DNA of 62,863 nucleotides, the filler included, from Vannella sp. (lineage: Eukaryota), in the NCBI GenBank assembly GCA_023345925.1. It is 7 parts of 7 records of this genome, joined end to end, with 100 filler letters (N's around TTAATTAATTAA, not from the genome) between each part and the next. Parts side by side here need not be neighbours in the genome. Positions count along the whole stretch, not along the records: positions 29,942 to 37,503 come from JAJQQN010000870.1; positions 37,604 to 45,357 come from JAJQQN010001368.1; 5 more parts are not named here. One strand, 5' to 3'. Below the pieces are notes generated by a model that was not told the origin of the DNA, made no database searches, and saw only the letters and a program-made list of their open reading frames with translations. Made by a program: the position numbers and the translations under genes. This document shows, one piece after another, positions 34,136 through 45,172 of the stretch. The stretch's first letter is position 1. Every line of letters begins with the position of its first letter.

Positions 34136-37100
34136 ATGGGTGGTCTTGTTTCTGGAGGCCATGGAGGCGCCAAGGAGGTGGGGACCGGGTGCTTAGATGA
34201 CAAACTGCAAGAAGCGTTGGAGCGCAAGTGGCTGCGCCTTTCTAACTTGAATATGAGGCGTTTGCCGAGGCTGTTAACAAGTGGTGCTGTTCCCCAACTG
34301 ACGGAGTCGTTAAAGGGCTTGGACCTTCACGCTAATCCTTTGGAGTTCTTCCCCACCCTGGACCTCCCCAGTCTGACTTCACTCAATCTATGGGGCAACA
34401 ACATGTCTACAGAGGCTTTCCAGACATCCCGTAGAACCAAAGCACGCCGCTTCTCCATCAATAAGCAACACTCGGACTCCGCCATCGGCAAGCGCCGCAA
34501 AGTGCCTACTGTGGACGCCTCCTCGGTGGGGAATATTGGAGACATGCCGTTCTCTCTCACTAGCCCAGGACAACCACCACGCTTGCGTCCTGAGGAGCCC
34601 GAGACAGAGCAGTTGGAGGTGACACCTGGCGATTCATTACAGGAGACCTCGGAAGGCCCCTTCTCTCTCCTTCCGAAGCTGGATACACTAGATCTAGGTG
34701 GCAATCGTCTTGCCTTCTTGCCAACCTCAGTGGGGCTCTGTACTCTCCTCACCCAGTTGACTCTTTCGGGCAACTGTTTGACTGATGAGGCGCTCTCGGC
34801 TATTAGTACTCTCTCGGGTCTTAACACGTTAGACTTGGACCTTAATCTACTGCGAGATATCCCTTCTGTGTGCTTTAGGGGGAAAGGAATGCTCTACACT
34901 CTCCTTCTTCGTGCGAATCGTCTCCGTCGCGTACCTGCAGGGCTCTCTGAAGCTACTTCTTTGCAGAAGCTTAGTTTAGCGGATAATCTCATCTCACAGG
35001 TCGAAGAGAGCGCCTTCCAAGGACTAGAGCGGCTGAAAACACTCTATTTGTTCAACAACTGCCTCTCCAGCCTCCCTCTTGGCTTCGCAAACGATCTCAC
35101 TTCATTGACAACTCTCTTCCTCCAAGGGAACAAGCTGACCTTCCTCCCTCCAGTGGGGAACCTCAGCTCTCTGAGAGAGTTGAATGTGTCCCACAACCAG
35201 CTCACCTTCCTCCCTGATCTTGACTGCTTGCGCTTCATGACAACACTGAACATCTCTCATAACTGCTTGATCTGTTTGCCTCCAAGCATTGGCAGCCTCT
35301 CCGAGCTGCGTCGGCTTGACGCTTCGTTTAACGACTTGCAGCACCTGCCTGCTGCCTTCGCCTTACTGGGACACCTCTCTCATTTGGCGTTATCAGGGAA
35401 CTGCTTTGCTCTTGGAGGGAGCGCTTCTAACAGCCAGCCAGTCGACATTGGTGAGGACGAAAATGGACTTCAACCCGTTTGGGCTTTGTCGGGGCTTCAG
35501 GAGCTTCATCTGAGTCTCAACTTCCTTCAGACTCTTCCGGACTCTGCTTTTTACCACCTCACGAAGCTACACGTGCTCGGTCTGGCGCACAACAATCTCT
35601 CTTCCATTCCGATTTTGTCAAGTCGGGACACTTTGCCACTGACCCAGCTCTTCCTTAGCGGCAATAATCTCACTTTATTCCCTCTTGAACAACTACTGCC
35701 CATTCAGAGTACTCTACAAGTCCTCTACATAGATGGAACGTCGATTCAAACCTTACCCGAAGAGATTTCTTTATTCACTTCTCTCTCAAGACTGAGCTTG
35801 ACAGCGCCCTTTGATGCTACTTCTGTGAAAGGCAAAAAGCGTGGGCACTCAAAATCCTCACCCAAAGAAGACTTTAGTTTGGCTGTCCTGAATGGACTCT
35901 CTCTGGAGCGGTTGTTCTTTGGCTCACACTTTGCCGGAACTCTCCAGGATCTGAAGGTTCCACTTACGATAGATTCCCAACTGTCCGAAGACTACTTTTG
36001 GTCGAGACTGAAGCATACAGACTTCGCAGGCTTGCCAGGATTCCCCTCTATTGTTTGTTCTCCAGACTTTGTTGGGCAATTAGATAGCCGGCCTTATGGA
36101 TATGCTCTTTGTGCTGGCACCTCGCATGAGCTGGAGGATTGTGTGCACTTCCGCTCTCTTTCCCTCCCATCTTGCGGCTCTAAATCAGTGGACTTTGTTG
36201 CCTTATTTGACGGCCATGGTGGCTTCGAGGCCGCCGCATACCTGCAAAAGCATTTGTCCTTGGTGGTATGCTCCTTTTTACAGCAGGCCATCAATAGCCA
36301 CAGCTTAGATTTCTCACAAGGATCCTCTTTCAATGAGGTTGTCGGCCATGCCATCACAGATGCGTACGTTCAATGCGACGACTTTCTCCTCCGTTGGGTA
36401 CATGACCATGGTTTGAATGATCGTGCCATAGGAAGTACCTGCATAACCATCCTTCTTACAGACACGATGCTCTATTGCGCAAACGTTGGTGACTCTCGAG
36501 CTGTTATGGCCACTTTCAATAACTTCCTCCCTCCCATAGAGGAAGGAAAGGAGCAGCAGAATGTGGAAGTTGTGAGAGCGCGTAGCCTGCCCCGAATTGA
36601 AGGTGCCAACATTAGCCTAGAGGAATTTACAAACCGGCCTTTACTCTCGGCGCGCATCTCTACGGATCACAAGCCCTCTGTGGATAAGGAACGACGTAGA
36701 ATTCGCCGCAATGGGGGAACACTCACACCCTCCCTTACCGGTACTTGCTCTTATCGTCTTTCAGCTGGAGGATCTACTATCGCTGTATCTCGCTCATTTG
36801 GCGACTATCAAATGAGACCAGCATTGAGTGCAGTCCCAGACATCTTTTGTCACCAAATCGACGAGCTTGACCAATTCATTGTTCTGGCTTCTGATGGTCT
36901 GTGGGATGTCCTTCCCGACCATTCTTGCGTTGATATAGTCACAGAAATTCTGCATCACTTCAACATAGAGCGAGGCCTTCCTCTCAAATTATCATGCCAA
37001 TTAGCAGCTTCGCATGTCCGCGACTTGGCCTTTACTCTTGGTAGTGAGGACGATCTTAGTGTCATGATTGTTCCGTTGAACTGGAATCGAATGCGCGCTA

Positions 37101-37195
37101 TTGAAAACTATTTCGTTTCTCCCAGTGCTGACGGACCTCCCCAGAAAAAGTCGAAAAAGTCGCGCTCACGGCGAGACTCGATTTCTATCAACTGA
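34136..37195 (+). CDS. LRR + PP2C phosphatase (PHLPP-like architecture)
   Basis: Many LxxLxLxxN repeats; PP2C motifs FDGHGG, ANVGDSRAV, DHKP, AVSRSFGD, DGLWD; MG start is a possible myristoylation site. Confidence 0.93.
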   Translation: MGGLVSGGHGGAKEVGTGCLDDKLQEALERKWLRLSNLNMRRLPRLLTSGAVPQLTESLKGLDLHANPLEFFPTLDLPSLTSLNLWGNNMSTEAFQTSRRTKARRFSINKQHSDSAIGKRRKVPTVDASSVGNIGDMPFSLTSPGQPPRLRPEEPETEQLEVTPGDSLQETSEGPFSLLPKLDTLDLGGNRLAFLPTSVGLCTLLTQLTLSGNCLTDEALSAISTLSGLNTLDLDLNLLRDIPSVCFRGKGMLYTLLLRANRLRRVPAGLSEATSLQKLSLADNLISQVEESAFQGLERLKTLYLFNNCLSSLPLGFANDLTSLTTLFLQGNKLTFLPPVGNLSSLRELNVSHNQLTFLPDLDCLRFMTTLNISHNCLICLPPSIGSLSELRRLDASFNDLQHLPAAFALLGHLSHLALSGNCFALGGSASNSQPVDIGEDENGLQPVWALSGLQELHLSLNFLQTLPDSAFYHLTKLHVLGLAHNNLSSIPILSSRDTLPLTQLFLSGNNLTLFPLEQLLPIQSTLQVLYIDGTSIQTLPEEISLFTSLSRLSLTAPFDATSVKGKKRGHSKSSPKEDFSLAVLNGLSLERLFFGSHFAGTLQDLKVPLTIDSQLSEDYFWSRLKHTDFAGLPGFPSIVCSPDFVGQLDSRPYGYALCAGTSHELEDCVHFRSLSLPSCGSKSVDFVALFDGHGGFEAAAYLQKHLSLVVCSFLQQAINSHSLDFSQGSSFNEVVGHAITDAYVQCDDFLLRWVHDHGLNDRAIGSTCITILLTDTMLYCANVGDSRAVMATFNNFLPPIEEGKEQQNVEVVRARSLPRIEGANISLEEFTNRPLLSARISTDHKPSVDKERRRIRRNGGTLTPSLTGTCSYRLSAGGSTIAVSRSFGDYQMRPALSAVPDIFCHQIDELDQFIVLASDGLWDVLPDHSCVDIVTEILHHFNIERGLPLKLSCQLAASHVRDLAFTLGSEDDLSVMIVPLNWNRMRAIENYFVSPSADGPPQKKSKKSRSRRDSISIN

Positions 37196-37503
37196 GTTGT
37201 ACCATATAGCAATGACTTCTCACTCACCAATCTTCTCAATACACCCAAATTATGATCCAACAGTTTCTCTCGGCTCACTGTGGCTAGACATTTCGTCAGG
37301 ACTTTCGAGCTTGTTTTCGCTTAGTCTGTTCTCCTGTATGACCCGCCTTTCTTTAAGAATCTATGCATTTGAAATACTGAGTAGTACCGAACGAAGTGCT
37401 GGAACGTTCTGCCTCTTGCTCTGCCTCTGGTCAGGACATGCACTCATCGACCCCGATTTTTCACACTTTCCTGGCAATGGGCTTGGTTGCTCTTATCCTA
37501 TTT

Positions 37504-37603
37504 NNNNNNNNNNNNNNNNNNNNNNNNNNNNNNNNNNNNNNNNNNNNTTAATTAATTAANNNNNNNNNNNNNNNNNNNNNNNNNNNNNNNNNNNNNNNNN
37601 NNN
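37504..37603. other. Artificial contig linker
   Basis: N run + TTAATTAATTAA + N run. Confidence 0.99.
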
Positions 37604-38070
37604 GGAGAAGATCCCGGTCTCGGAGTGGGTTGTGGGCGATGTGGCGCAGTTTGATGACTTTACCGCTCGCGCCTTGGGGACTGCAAAGCCCGTGGTCATT
37701 TACCTGTACGCTGACTGGAAGAAGGGTACTCAGGAGAGCTGGTGCCCTGACTGTGTCCGCGGTAAGAGCGTCTGCGGGACAGCCGAAGCTCAGAGAGGTT
37801 CTCTAACACAGCGTAGCGGACCCTGTGATCCGCAAAGCAGCAAGAGATGCAGGCGCTGTACTGATTGAAGTGCCAGTCGGTGATCGGGACAGTTACAAGG
37901 ACAAGCCACAGAACCCCTGGCGAGTGTTCAGCAAGACGAAGGTCACTCACGTTCCCACCCTGCTCAAGTGGGGTATTGGAGGCGAGAGAGCCCGTTTAAT
38001 CGACAGTGACTGCTCAGATCCTGCTAAGGTTGCCGCCCTGTTCGCTGCTGATGTCTCCCTGCGAGTGTAA
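37604..38070 (+). CDS. TXNDC17: Thioredoxin-related protein TRP14/TXNDC17-like (5' partial)
   Basis: SWCPDCV active site; VGDR..YK...NPWR; VPTLLKW; one intron starting ~37762. Confidence 0.88.
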
Positions 38071-38127
38071 CTCTCAAACTATCCGCTAAACTCTCGCAAC
38101 TGCACTCTGATGGGGCTAGAAGGGCCT

Positions 38128-38960
38128 TTAGGCTTTAGAAGGCTTCTTAGGCTTTGGTGTGCTTGCATAAGAGACCCAAAGACGGTCAAACTCGCCCCGA
38201 AACGCTGAGATCATGGAAGAGTCTGAGGAGATGTGAAGGTTCTCGCGGTTAGACCTTTGCGCTTGGACTGTCCAGTTGAAAGAACCACTCATAAGAACCT
38301 GATCATCCACCAGAGCGAACTTGTGATGCATGTGGAACTGTGATTGGTCCATTCGGACTTCCACACCCTCTTCCGTCATCTTGAAGGCCTTCGAACTCGT
38401 CATTTGCGCCATACGGTCATCAACAATCATGCGTACTTTGACTCGACGTCGGTGAGCGGCTAGCAGCACCTCTGCTAAGCGGTTATCAGTGAAAGCGAAG
38501 ACGCACACATCGATGCTTCCCCTTGGTTAGTGCGAGGCCGCCTGATCCTGGTAACGTACGAGGTCTTTGCTGATGCTAAGAAAGTGAAGATACGATGCAA
38601 GTTGCGGTCGCCCGCCTCGTCAGGAAAGAAGAGCACCTCGTTGACTGGTAGCAGGGCGCTTAGTGGACCCAAAGGCACCGCTAGAACGCTTGTTGGAGTT
38701 CGTGAAGAGGTAACTGATTGTTCTGGAGGTGATACACTCTTCTCAGGGGCTTGCTTGCTCTTCAGCACGGTGGCATTGATGGAAACCATGACTTGGAGAG
38801 GATGTCCTCCCACGTCCACTCTCAGCCTCCCAGAAGCGTTCCAACCAAAGGACCCTGTGGAGAAGTCTTTCGGTGTCAACTCCATTGGCTGTCCGTCCAA
38901 CTCAGCAACCAAGCTCTCCGCCTTCTCCAGAAAGTCGCTTTTGGAGAGCGGGCACGTCAT
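38128..38960 (-). CDS. PLD6/Zucchini/Nuc-like phospholipase D family protein with extra N-terminal domain
   Basis: Single HKD motif HMHHKFALVD plus GSFNWT..A..SNREN; SIDVCVFAFT restored by a 44 nt intron at 38516-38559. Confidence 0.9.
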
Positions 38961-39162
38961 GGGCGTCTTGTTTGGGTGTAATGCCTTCCAACACTGCTTG
39001 ACACGGCCAAAGGAGAATAACTGTCTGCTATCATGATCCTACACCCTAATGGGCCATTCCCGTGGTGAATACGGAGAGAAGAGTTGTCTCCCTTCCGATG
39101 CCATTCTGGCACTGAGAGGGCGAGCGAGGATATCAGAAGATGGCAAATGATAGATTACAGCT

Positions 39163-41427
39163 TTACTCCTCATCAGGAATCATGCCCCACTCCCGAAGCG
39201 CGAAGGAAACGGGCTTCAAGGTAAGGCGGATAAAGTCACTTTGTGACTTGGCGTCCCTTTTCGTCTGAATATCCTTGTAAAGGACGGCTGCCAAGGTGTT
39301 TTCTGGTGTTTTGCCTGCTGTAACAAAGTTGTCTAGAAGGAGTGAGTTGAATGAAGGGGGTTGGAACGGTCTTGGAGGAACTTACGGTCTCGTATGGCAA
39401 TGGTGACGATCTCTTTGGGACTTAAGGGGCATCCAGCTTCTTTGAGGACATCAAATGCGACCGTGCGGAAGGAAGGCCTCTCTTTCCGTGCAACTCTGGG
39501 TGAAGGGGAGACCCTCCGGACCTTTGCTGGACTCTCTTTTAGAGGGGCGACGACCTCCCGCGTCCGCTTTCGTTCCTTCTTAGTGGGGAAGTATTCATCC
39601 TCTTCGACTATCCCGAATGGATTGACGGAGGCTCCATTCGCTAGAGCTTCTTCCCTTGTACTTGCTGCAATAGCCAGGAGGAGCTGCTGCTCCTCCATCT
39701 CTTCATCGGTTGGCATTCCTGCATACCCCCGAGAGCGCTTGGCGCTTCTGGAAGGTGGTGAGGGCGGCGGTGCGCATTCAGTCACTCGGGATGCTGAAGA
39801 GTGTTTGGTTCCTGGTATGCTGTGAACTGCTACCCTCTGCTGCGAAGGAACCACATGCTGGTAGTCAACGTCTGACTTAAGGTGTGATGTGGGAGTAGCA
39901 GCTTGCTGCGGGATTGTAGAAGCCTTCACAATGGGAGCAGGGTTCGAGGGGAGCCCAAGAGGTGGCGCTTTGGTTGTTCCCTTTGAGTCCTCTTTCCCTT
40001 TGAGTCCCACCCCAGTGACTGACGAAGGACCTCTAATTGTGTCTTTCACCTTGCGGATCTGGGAAATCTCCTTCTCCCACCGAGTCATCTCCAGATCCTT
40101 CCACTTGACGGTGGTGTAGTCGACTTGCTCCACTCGCCTCCTTGAGACACTCGTACTAGATCAAGGTCAGATGCAGGCGGGGAGTGGAAAGCAAGGACTC
40201 ACCATCGGATGAACAGTTCAGCTTCCGGGTTGCGGTAGAACGCAGCTCTACGTCTTCGCCAGTGGCCCATTGGGCCGTCAACAAAGAGCAGATTGGCGGC
40301 GCATGAGAGGTCACGGTTAGCCAGTGCTTGACGAACTTCAAGGATCGAGCCAGCAGAGCTTGGAATGGGCATTGGCTCCGCGAAGATGGGGAGATCAGCG
40401 ATCTCAGGGTCTGTGTAGGAGAAAGCCGGTGTGTTGTGAGCAGGAGCTTCAACGAGGATCTCTGAGAGGAGCCGTTGCCCCCAAACATGCTCAAAGTGTT
40501 CCAGTTTCCAAGGTTCTATCTCCTTCCGACGCCTTCCCGTCCCGTAGGTGTTGATGTCACTGGTATCAAAGGTGCTTGCTTGCAAGTGACGTTGGAACAG
40601 ATGCAACGAGTTCAGGAACTCAGGGTTGTTGAAGACAGCCGAGACGCTCTCGTACGAATCCGTATCGCATTCGGGTAGGAGGCTCATTAACGTGTCCTTG
40701 GTCACAGCTGGAATCATCGTGTTGAAGCTGCGAGCGTTCACAATGTTCGATAGCGGGATCTGACAAAGAAGGGACTCGTTGGAGGTCATCAGGTCGTGCA
40801 CCATCTCCGTTCGGCTTCTTTTCTTGGAGAGGAACCTCTTCATTAACGAAGCTCCATGATCACGAGATGGTCTAGAGTTACGAGAGTCAGAACCTCGGTC
40901 TTCTCCGAAGATGGCGTCAAAGACGTTGGCGTGAAGGCTGGTCTCTAAAGTGTACTTAAGGAAGTACCCAAACTGGCGGATGGTCTCTCCTTCGTGAACC
41001 TCTCCTCGTATCTGGTTTGTGAGAGAGGTGAGGAGGTCGCGGAATGCTTCCTGAGCTTGTTCCAGAGGGGAGCTTTCATATGGGGTGTCCGTTACTGAGG
41101 TAGAGAGCTCCGGAGTGCCACCCATCTCATAGTCTGCATCTTCTTCGATTAATATCGGATTTTCTGAGCTGAAGAACGTCCCCACCAACCCAAGAAACAC
41201 GTCAGTAAGATGAAGGAGAAGAAGTACGATCCTCTAAGGCCCTACCTTGTCTTTTCTTGGACACTAATTGCATCCTCGAGCTCCTCATCATCTTCACTCA
41301 CGCGCTTCGCAGTTGCAGTCATCGTCTGTTGCTGAGTATCAAGTTCCACCTCAGCAGCCACACCTGGGCCTGCCTCCTGAGTTCCACAAGGTTGTACATC
41401 CTCCACATCAGAAACAGGGACCTCCAT
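39163..41427 (-). CDS. ASXL/Asx-like chromatin protein (DEUBAD, UIM-like, C-terminal HARE-HTH)
   Basis: DEUBAD-like LMSLLPECD..FNNPEFLNSL..FQRHL...EPWKLEHFEHVWGQ; UIM-like EEQQLLLAIAAS; HARE-HTH SFRTVAFDVLKEAGCPLSPKEI..GKTPENTLAAVLY. Confidence 0.78.
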
Positions 41428-42091
41428 AAGCTATCCTCAAGTTCTCCTCCACAGACAGGCGTCCAGTAACGAGAAGGACGGCGGCGACCGAACAAGTGCG
41501 GGGAATCTAAATCGCCCCGCCCAATCACCGCGAGATGCTCTAGTCCAAGTTGTGTTCGAAGCAACTCCAGCACATAGCATAGAATTGGATTTGCAGCGCT
41601 CCAGCAGAAGGCACGAAAGTTCCTTTCCAGAAGAGCCTTCGTCCTCTCCACAAACGCGAGATTTCCAAGCAGCAGCGTGTCTCTTCCTATCAAAGCAAAG
41701 ACACACTGCAGTGTACTGATTTTGGAAGCCCCGCGTTGCTGAACGGCTGTGGAGAGGGGAGAAGCGAAAGTTTCGCTACTTTGAGGGTTTGAAGGTCCTC
41801 CTTCGTGTGCTTTGATGTGGGGCAATATAATTCGCCTTGTTGATCATCAAAGGACTGTCAGGAACCGTCAAATCACGATTCCACCAAGGACTGAGCCCGT
41901 GCTTGGCTGTGGAGGAATTGAAATCCCCAAACCTGTCCAAATGTGTCGCTGATAATTGCAAATGGACGGGAAATGGATTTCTATTATTTGGTGGGAATGG
42001 GCAAGCGGAAGGAGCCTTTGCCTGCTTCGGGGTTGGTGGACAGCAGGAAGAGGAACTTTAAGCAGGCGTTGTCTTCACCGTACCATGTGGA

Positions 42092-42685
42092 TTGGTGGGT
42101 GTAGCTTTGTTATTGGTTGCTTGGGTGTGGAGTTCTGAACCTCTGGGTAGGAAGGCGCTGAGTTCGGAGGACTCGGAAGTCGTCCTGACGAGGATCCGTG
42201 CAGAGCCGAGCTTGCAAGCTCGTTCAAAGAGGGGTGGAAGAAAGAAGAAACAGAAGGATCAAGCGTTAGACCAAGTGAAAGAAGTGGTAGAGCAGAAGAG
42301 GCCTGAAGGTGTTCGTTTGGGCGTGAACGAGGTCACCAAAGCGTTAGAGAAGGGAGAACTAGCTCTGGTGATCTGCTGTCGACACGTCAGACCCTTCATT
42401 CTTATCCAGCATCTCCCAGTCCTTGCTGCATTGCACAAGACGCCGGTTTGCTCTTTGGACTCCCAATCTGCCTCTTTTCAGCTTGGAAGATTGTTCGGTC
42501 TTCGCACTATGATGGCCGTGGGCTTCACCAAAGACCATCCAGCCGCACTGAAAGGGTTGGTTGACTTCTGTACCCACAAGGCAGAGGTTCCCATCGTCCC
42601 CTGGCTGCCTATTGGGAAAGAGCCAGTCACCTACAAGGACCCTGTCATTGAGCCAAGAAGAAAAAATCAAAAAGTAGAGCCTTAG
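42092..42685 (+). CDS. L7Ae-family RNA-binding protein, RPP38/Pop3-like (start uncertain)
   Basis: RLGVNEVTKALEKG..LVICCRHVRP.ILIQHLPVL..LGRLFGLRTMMAVGF; IVPWL tail. Confidence 0.78.
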   Translation: MVGVALLLVAWVWSSEPLGRKALSSEDSEVVLTRIRAEPSLQARSKRGGRKKKQKDQALDQVKEVVEQKRPEGVRLGVNEVTKALEKGELALVICCRHVRPFILIQHLPVLAALHKTPVCSLDSQSASFQLGRLFGLRTMMAVGFTKDHPAALKGLVDFCTHKAEVPIVPWLPIGKEPVTYKDPVIEPRRKNQKVEP

Positions 42686-43410
42686 TGCTCTTTAGCGCGT
42701 GAATCACTGAAAGTCAGTTGGGTGAGTGTCGTTTGGAGGTCCTGGATTGGGACCGGGGATTCTCGGCGGTCGTCCAGCCACTTGAAGGTCACAAAGCTCC
42801 CTTTCATCTCTGAAGATCCAATGACAATGGCTGCAATGGCTTTTTGCTTGTTGGCACGAGCGAATTGCTTTGAAGGAGGTCCTTCTCCTGCCAGATAGAA
42901 TGAAAGACCAGTGATGGAGGAGAGCTGTTTCACTAGTTTGAGGGCGAAAAGCTCAAGCTTCCAATCAGCCTGATTGTCACCTTCACGCGCCAGGATAACG
43001 CTGACAGGACGAGGCGGGAGAGGGACTTGGCAGGGATCCACCAACAAGCATAAGCTCCACTCCGGCAGCCCATCTGACATCCCACTATTAGAGAGACCCG
43101 TCTCTTTAATCTTTTGAGCATACCCAATGGCCGGGAAATAAGAGGGTCCACCCAGTTGGGAAGAAAGAGAGCCGTAGCGACCTCCATCAAAAATAGCAGT
43201 TTGAGATTGGCCAAGTTTCTCTGAATGCGAATGAGGTTGTAGAAACTCAAATACGAGCCCCTTGTAGTAGTCAAGACCACGCATGAGTTTGTTATCTAAC
43301 TCATAAGGAATATCCAAAGTCTTTAGACCTTCCTCAATGCAGTTCAAGTGATGCCTGCTTTCCTCTCCCAAATGGTCTTGAATACTTGGAGCACCTCCAA
43401 CAGCTTGCCT
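42682..43410 (-). pseudogene. Histidyl-tRNA synthetase (organellar/bacterial type) C-terminal remnant, probable pseudogene
   Basis: LMRGLDYY..LVFEF, GGRY, anticodon-binding domain (KQFARANK); motifs 1/2 not found upstream; frameshift at ~43054 in motif 3. Confidence 0.7.
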
Positions 43411-43623
43411 GAAGGAGAGGTTGTTAGTTTGTTAAGTCAGGCTGAGGGCTTAGCTCAATGGTAAGGCAATGAAGCCTCGTTAGCATGGAGCCCTGCGTCG
43501 TACTTTGCACTCGACAACATCGCGGAGAAGGTGTGGAGGAACAAAGGCTTTGGGCAGTTCCTTGATCTCTTCTCTTCTCCTGGAGGAATGGAAATGGGGT
43601 CACTTGGACTGGGATAAGAAGAG

Positions 43624-43686
43624 CCGAGAATAACGAGTGAGGTTGGATCCATCACTCCGAGAATAACGAGTGAGGTTGCATCCATC
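43624..43686 (+). repeat. Tandem duplication with 33 bp period
   Basis: CCGAGAATAACGAGTGAGGTTG(G/C)ATCCATC at 43624-43653 and 43657-43686. Confidence 0.92.
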
Positions 43687-43956
43687 TGCTGGCTGGATCG
43701 CGATGGGAAGGTGTCACTTAGCGGTTCCAAGAGGTAAAGGAGTTGAAGTTGTGGCTTAGTTGGATGGTGTTCCCGCTTTGGGTTTAATCACACCGATGAA
43801 CCCTTCAGGAAGCTCAATCTCGCTCCCCAGAAACGTGCGAGAGCTAGTCCCGATGAACCTCGTACGCGGAGGGGCTGCAATGATAATGTCATTCCCGCCC
43901 AAATGGTCATGCAAGTGCCGGAACCAGCTGTATTGTGTGCCACTGCTTGCTATACT

Positions 43957-44922
43957 TTACTTCTTGCGGTAGCCGCCCTTGCTCTCTGGCTTGTAAGCGT
44001 TCGCCTCGTGGAGCTCGCGATCGATCCACCAGAGGGCTCCATAAGGCTGACCAGGGCGCTTCTTGATCTCTTCCAAGTAGGCCTCAGCTTCCTTGACCTT
44101 ATTACGAGCCTGCTGGAGAGCGTCCTCTGCAACAGCGCGAGCAGCTTCAGCCTCCTTTGTGGCAGCTTCAAAGGGAGCGCGGGTCTTCTCCGCTCGCTTT
44201 CTGGCAGCTTCCAGGGTAATCTTAGACTTGCGGAGAGGCAGAGGATCCTCCGCTTCCAGTTGAGACAGCTCAGCCTTGGCTTTGTTGCGGCTGACGACGC
44301 CACCCTCCTCGCTGCGGGCCTTCGCGTCGTTTATCTTTCCGTGGTACTCGTCTTCCTGCTTCTTCACCTCGGCAAGAGCAGCTTCCAGTTCTTCTTGGGC
44401 AGCCTTGAAGGGAGCTTCAGCCTCGCGAGCTTCTTCTTCACGAGCAGCGGCATCTTGTTGACGGGCCTCAGCAGTTTTGAACAACGAAAGGACTTCGTTC
44501 AGCATAGCTTGAGCAGCCTCCATCTCTTCACGGTTATCACCCTGAGAGCGGCTGACAAGCTCGCGCCAATCCGCCTTGAACTTGAAGATAAGGATGTAGG
44601 AGACGGGAATGAGCTTGACACGCGAGGTATCGATAGCTCCGGTGGAGCGCAAGGTTTCTCGCATTTCTCTGACAGTCAGAGTCTCGTTTTGGATCTCAAG
44701 GAATCGGTGAGCGGTAACTTCATCCAGCCCAGTTCCTTGTTCGTGGTTCTCCATGTCCAGCTTCTCGAACTGACGGGTCCAGCCCCACAGCTGCTCCGCC
44801 TTTTCTTGATGTTCGGCCCAAAAGGCGTTCAGGAACCAAATGACTTGCTCCTGGTGAGTAAAAGAGCAAAGCTCCTTGAACTTTGCCTGGTCGTCGCTGC
44901 CGTTCAAGAAGGTCTTGCTCAT
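43957..44922 (-). CDS. Protist 'TolA-like' coiled-coil protein related to the Dictyostelium 34 kDa calcium-regulated actin-bundling protein
   Basis: QVIWFLNAFW, LDEVTAHRFLE, GVVSRNKAKAELSQL, GALWWIDRELHEA..YKP; strong codon bias. Confidence 0.75.
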   Translation of the reverse strand: MSKTFLNGSDDQAKFKELCSFTHQEQVIWFLNAFWAEHQEKAEQLWGWTRQFEKLDMENHEQGTGLDEVTAHRFLEIQNETLTVREMRETLRSTGAIDTSRVKLIPVSYILIFKFKADWRELVSRSQGDNREEMEAAQAMLNEVLSLFKTAEARQQDAAAREEEAREAEAPFKAAQEELEAALAEVKKQEDEYHGKINDAKARSEEGGVVSRNKAKAELSQLEAEDPLPLRKSKITLEAARKRAEKTRAPFEAATKEAEAARAVAEDALQQARNKVKEAEAYLEEIKKRPGQPYGALWWIDRELHEANAYKPESKGGYRKK

Positions 44923-45172
44923 GGCTCGTGGGAATGGGAGAATGACCAAAATATCTCAAAATATCTCCCAAAATCGATCAACCCTGAAGGTGGATTTCAA
45001 ATGAATGTCTTCAAAATAATGACATGATTTTTCTATTGGTTCCCCAAAGACGGATCATTTCTAGTTTCAGTGACTGACAAGGAGGTCAAAGCGTTCCTCT
45101 GCAGCACTGAGATCTATACTTGTCCATGGGGCTCTCGGCATCTAGGGGGGACTCCCCATGCGCAAGAGTGGG

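Noticed and set aside
43755..43860. Minus-strand IELPEGFIGVIKPK resembling dUTPase or RNase H2C
   Set aside because: Too short; no other motifs and no start codon
43903..45027. 374 aa plus-strand ORF
   Set aside because: Antisense shadow of the codon-biased coiled-coil gene
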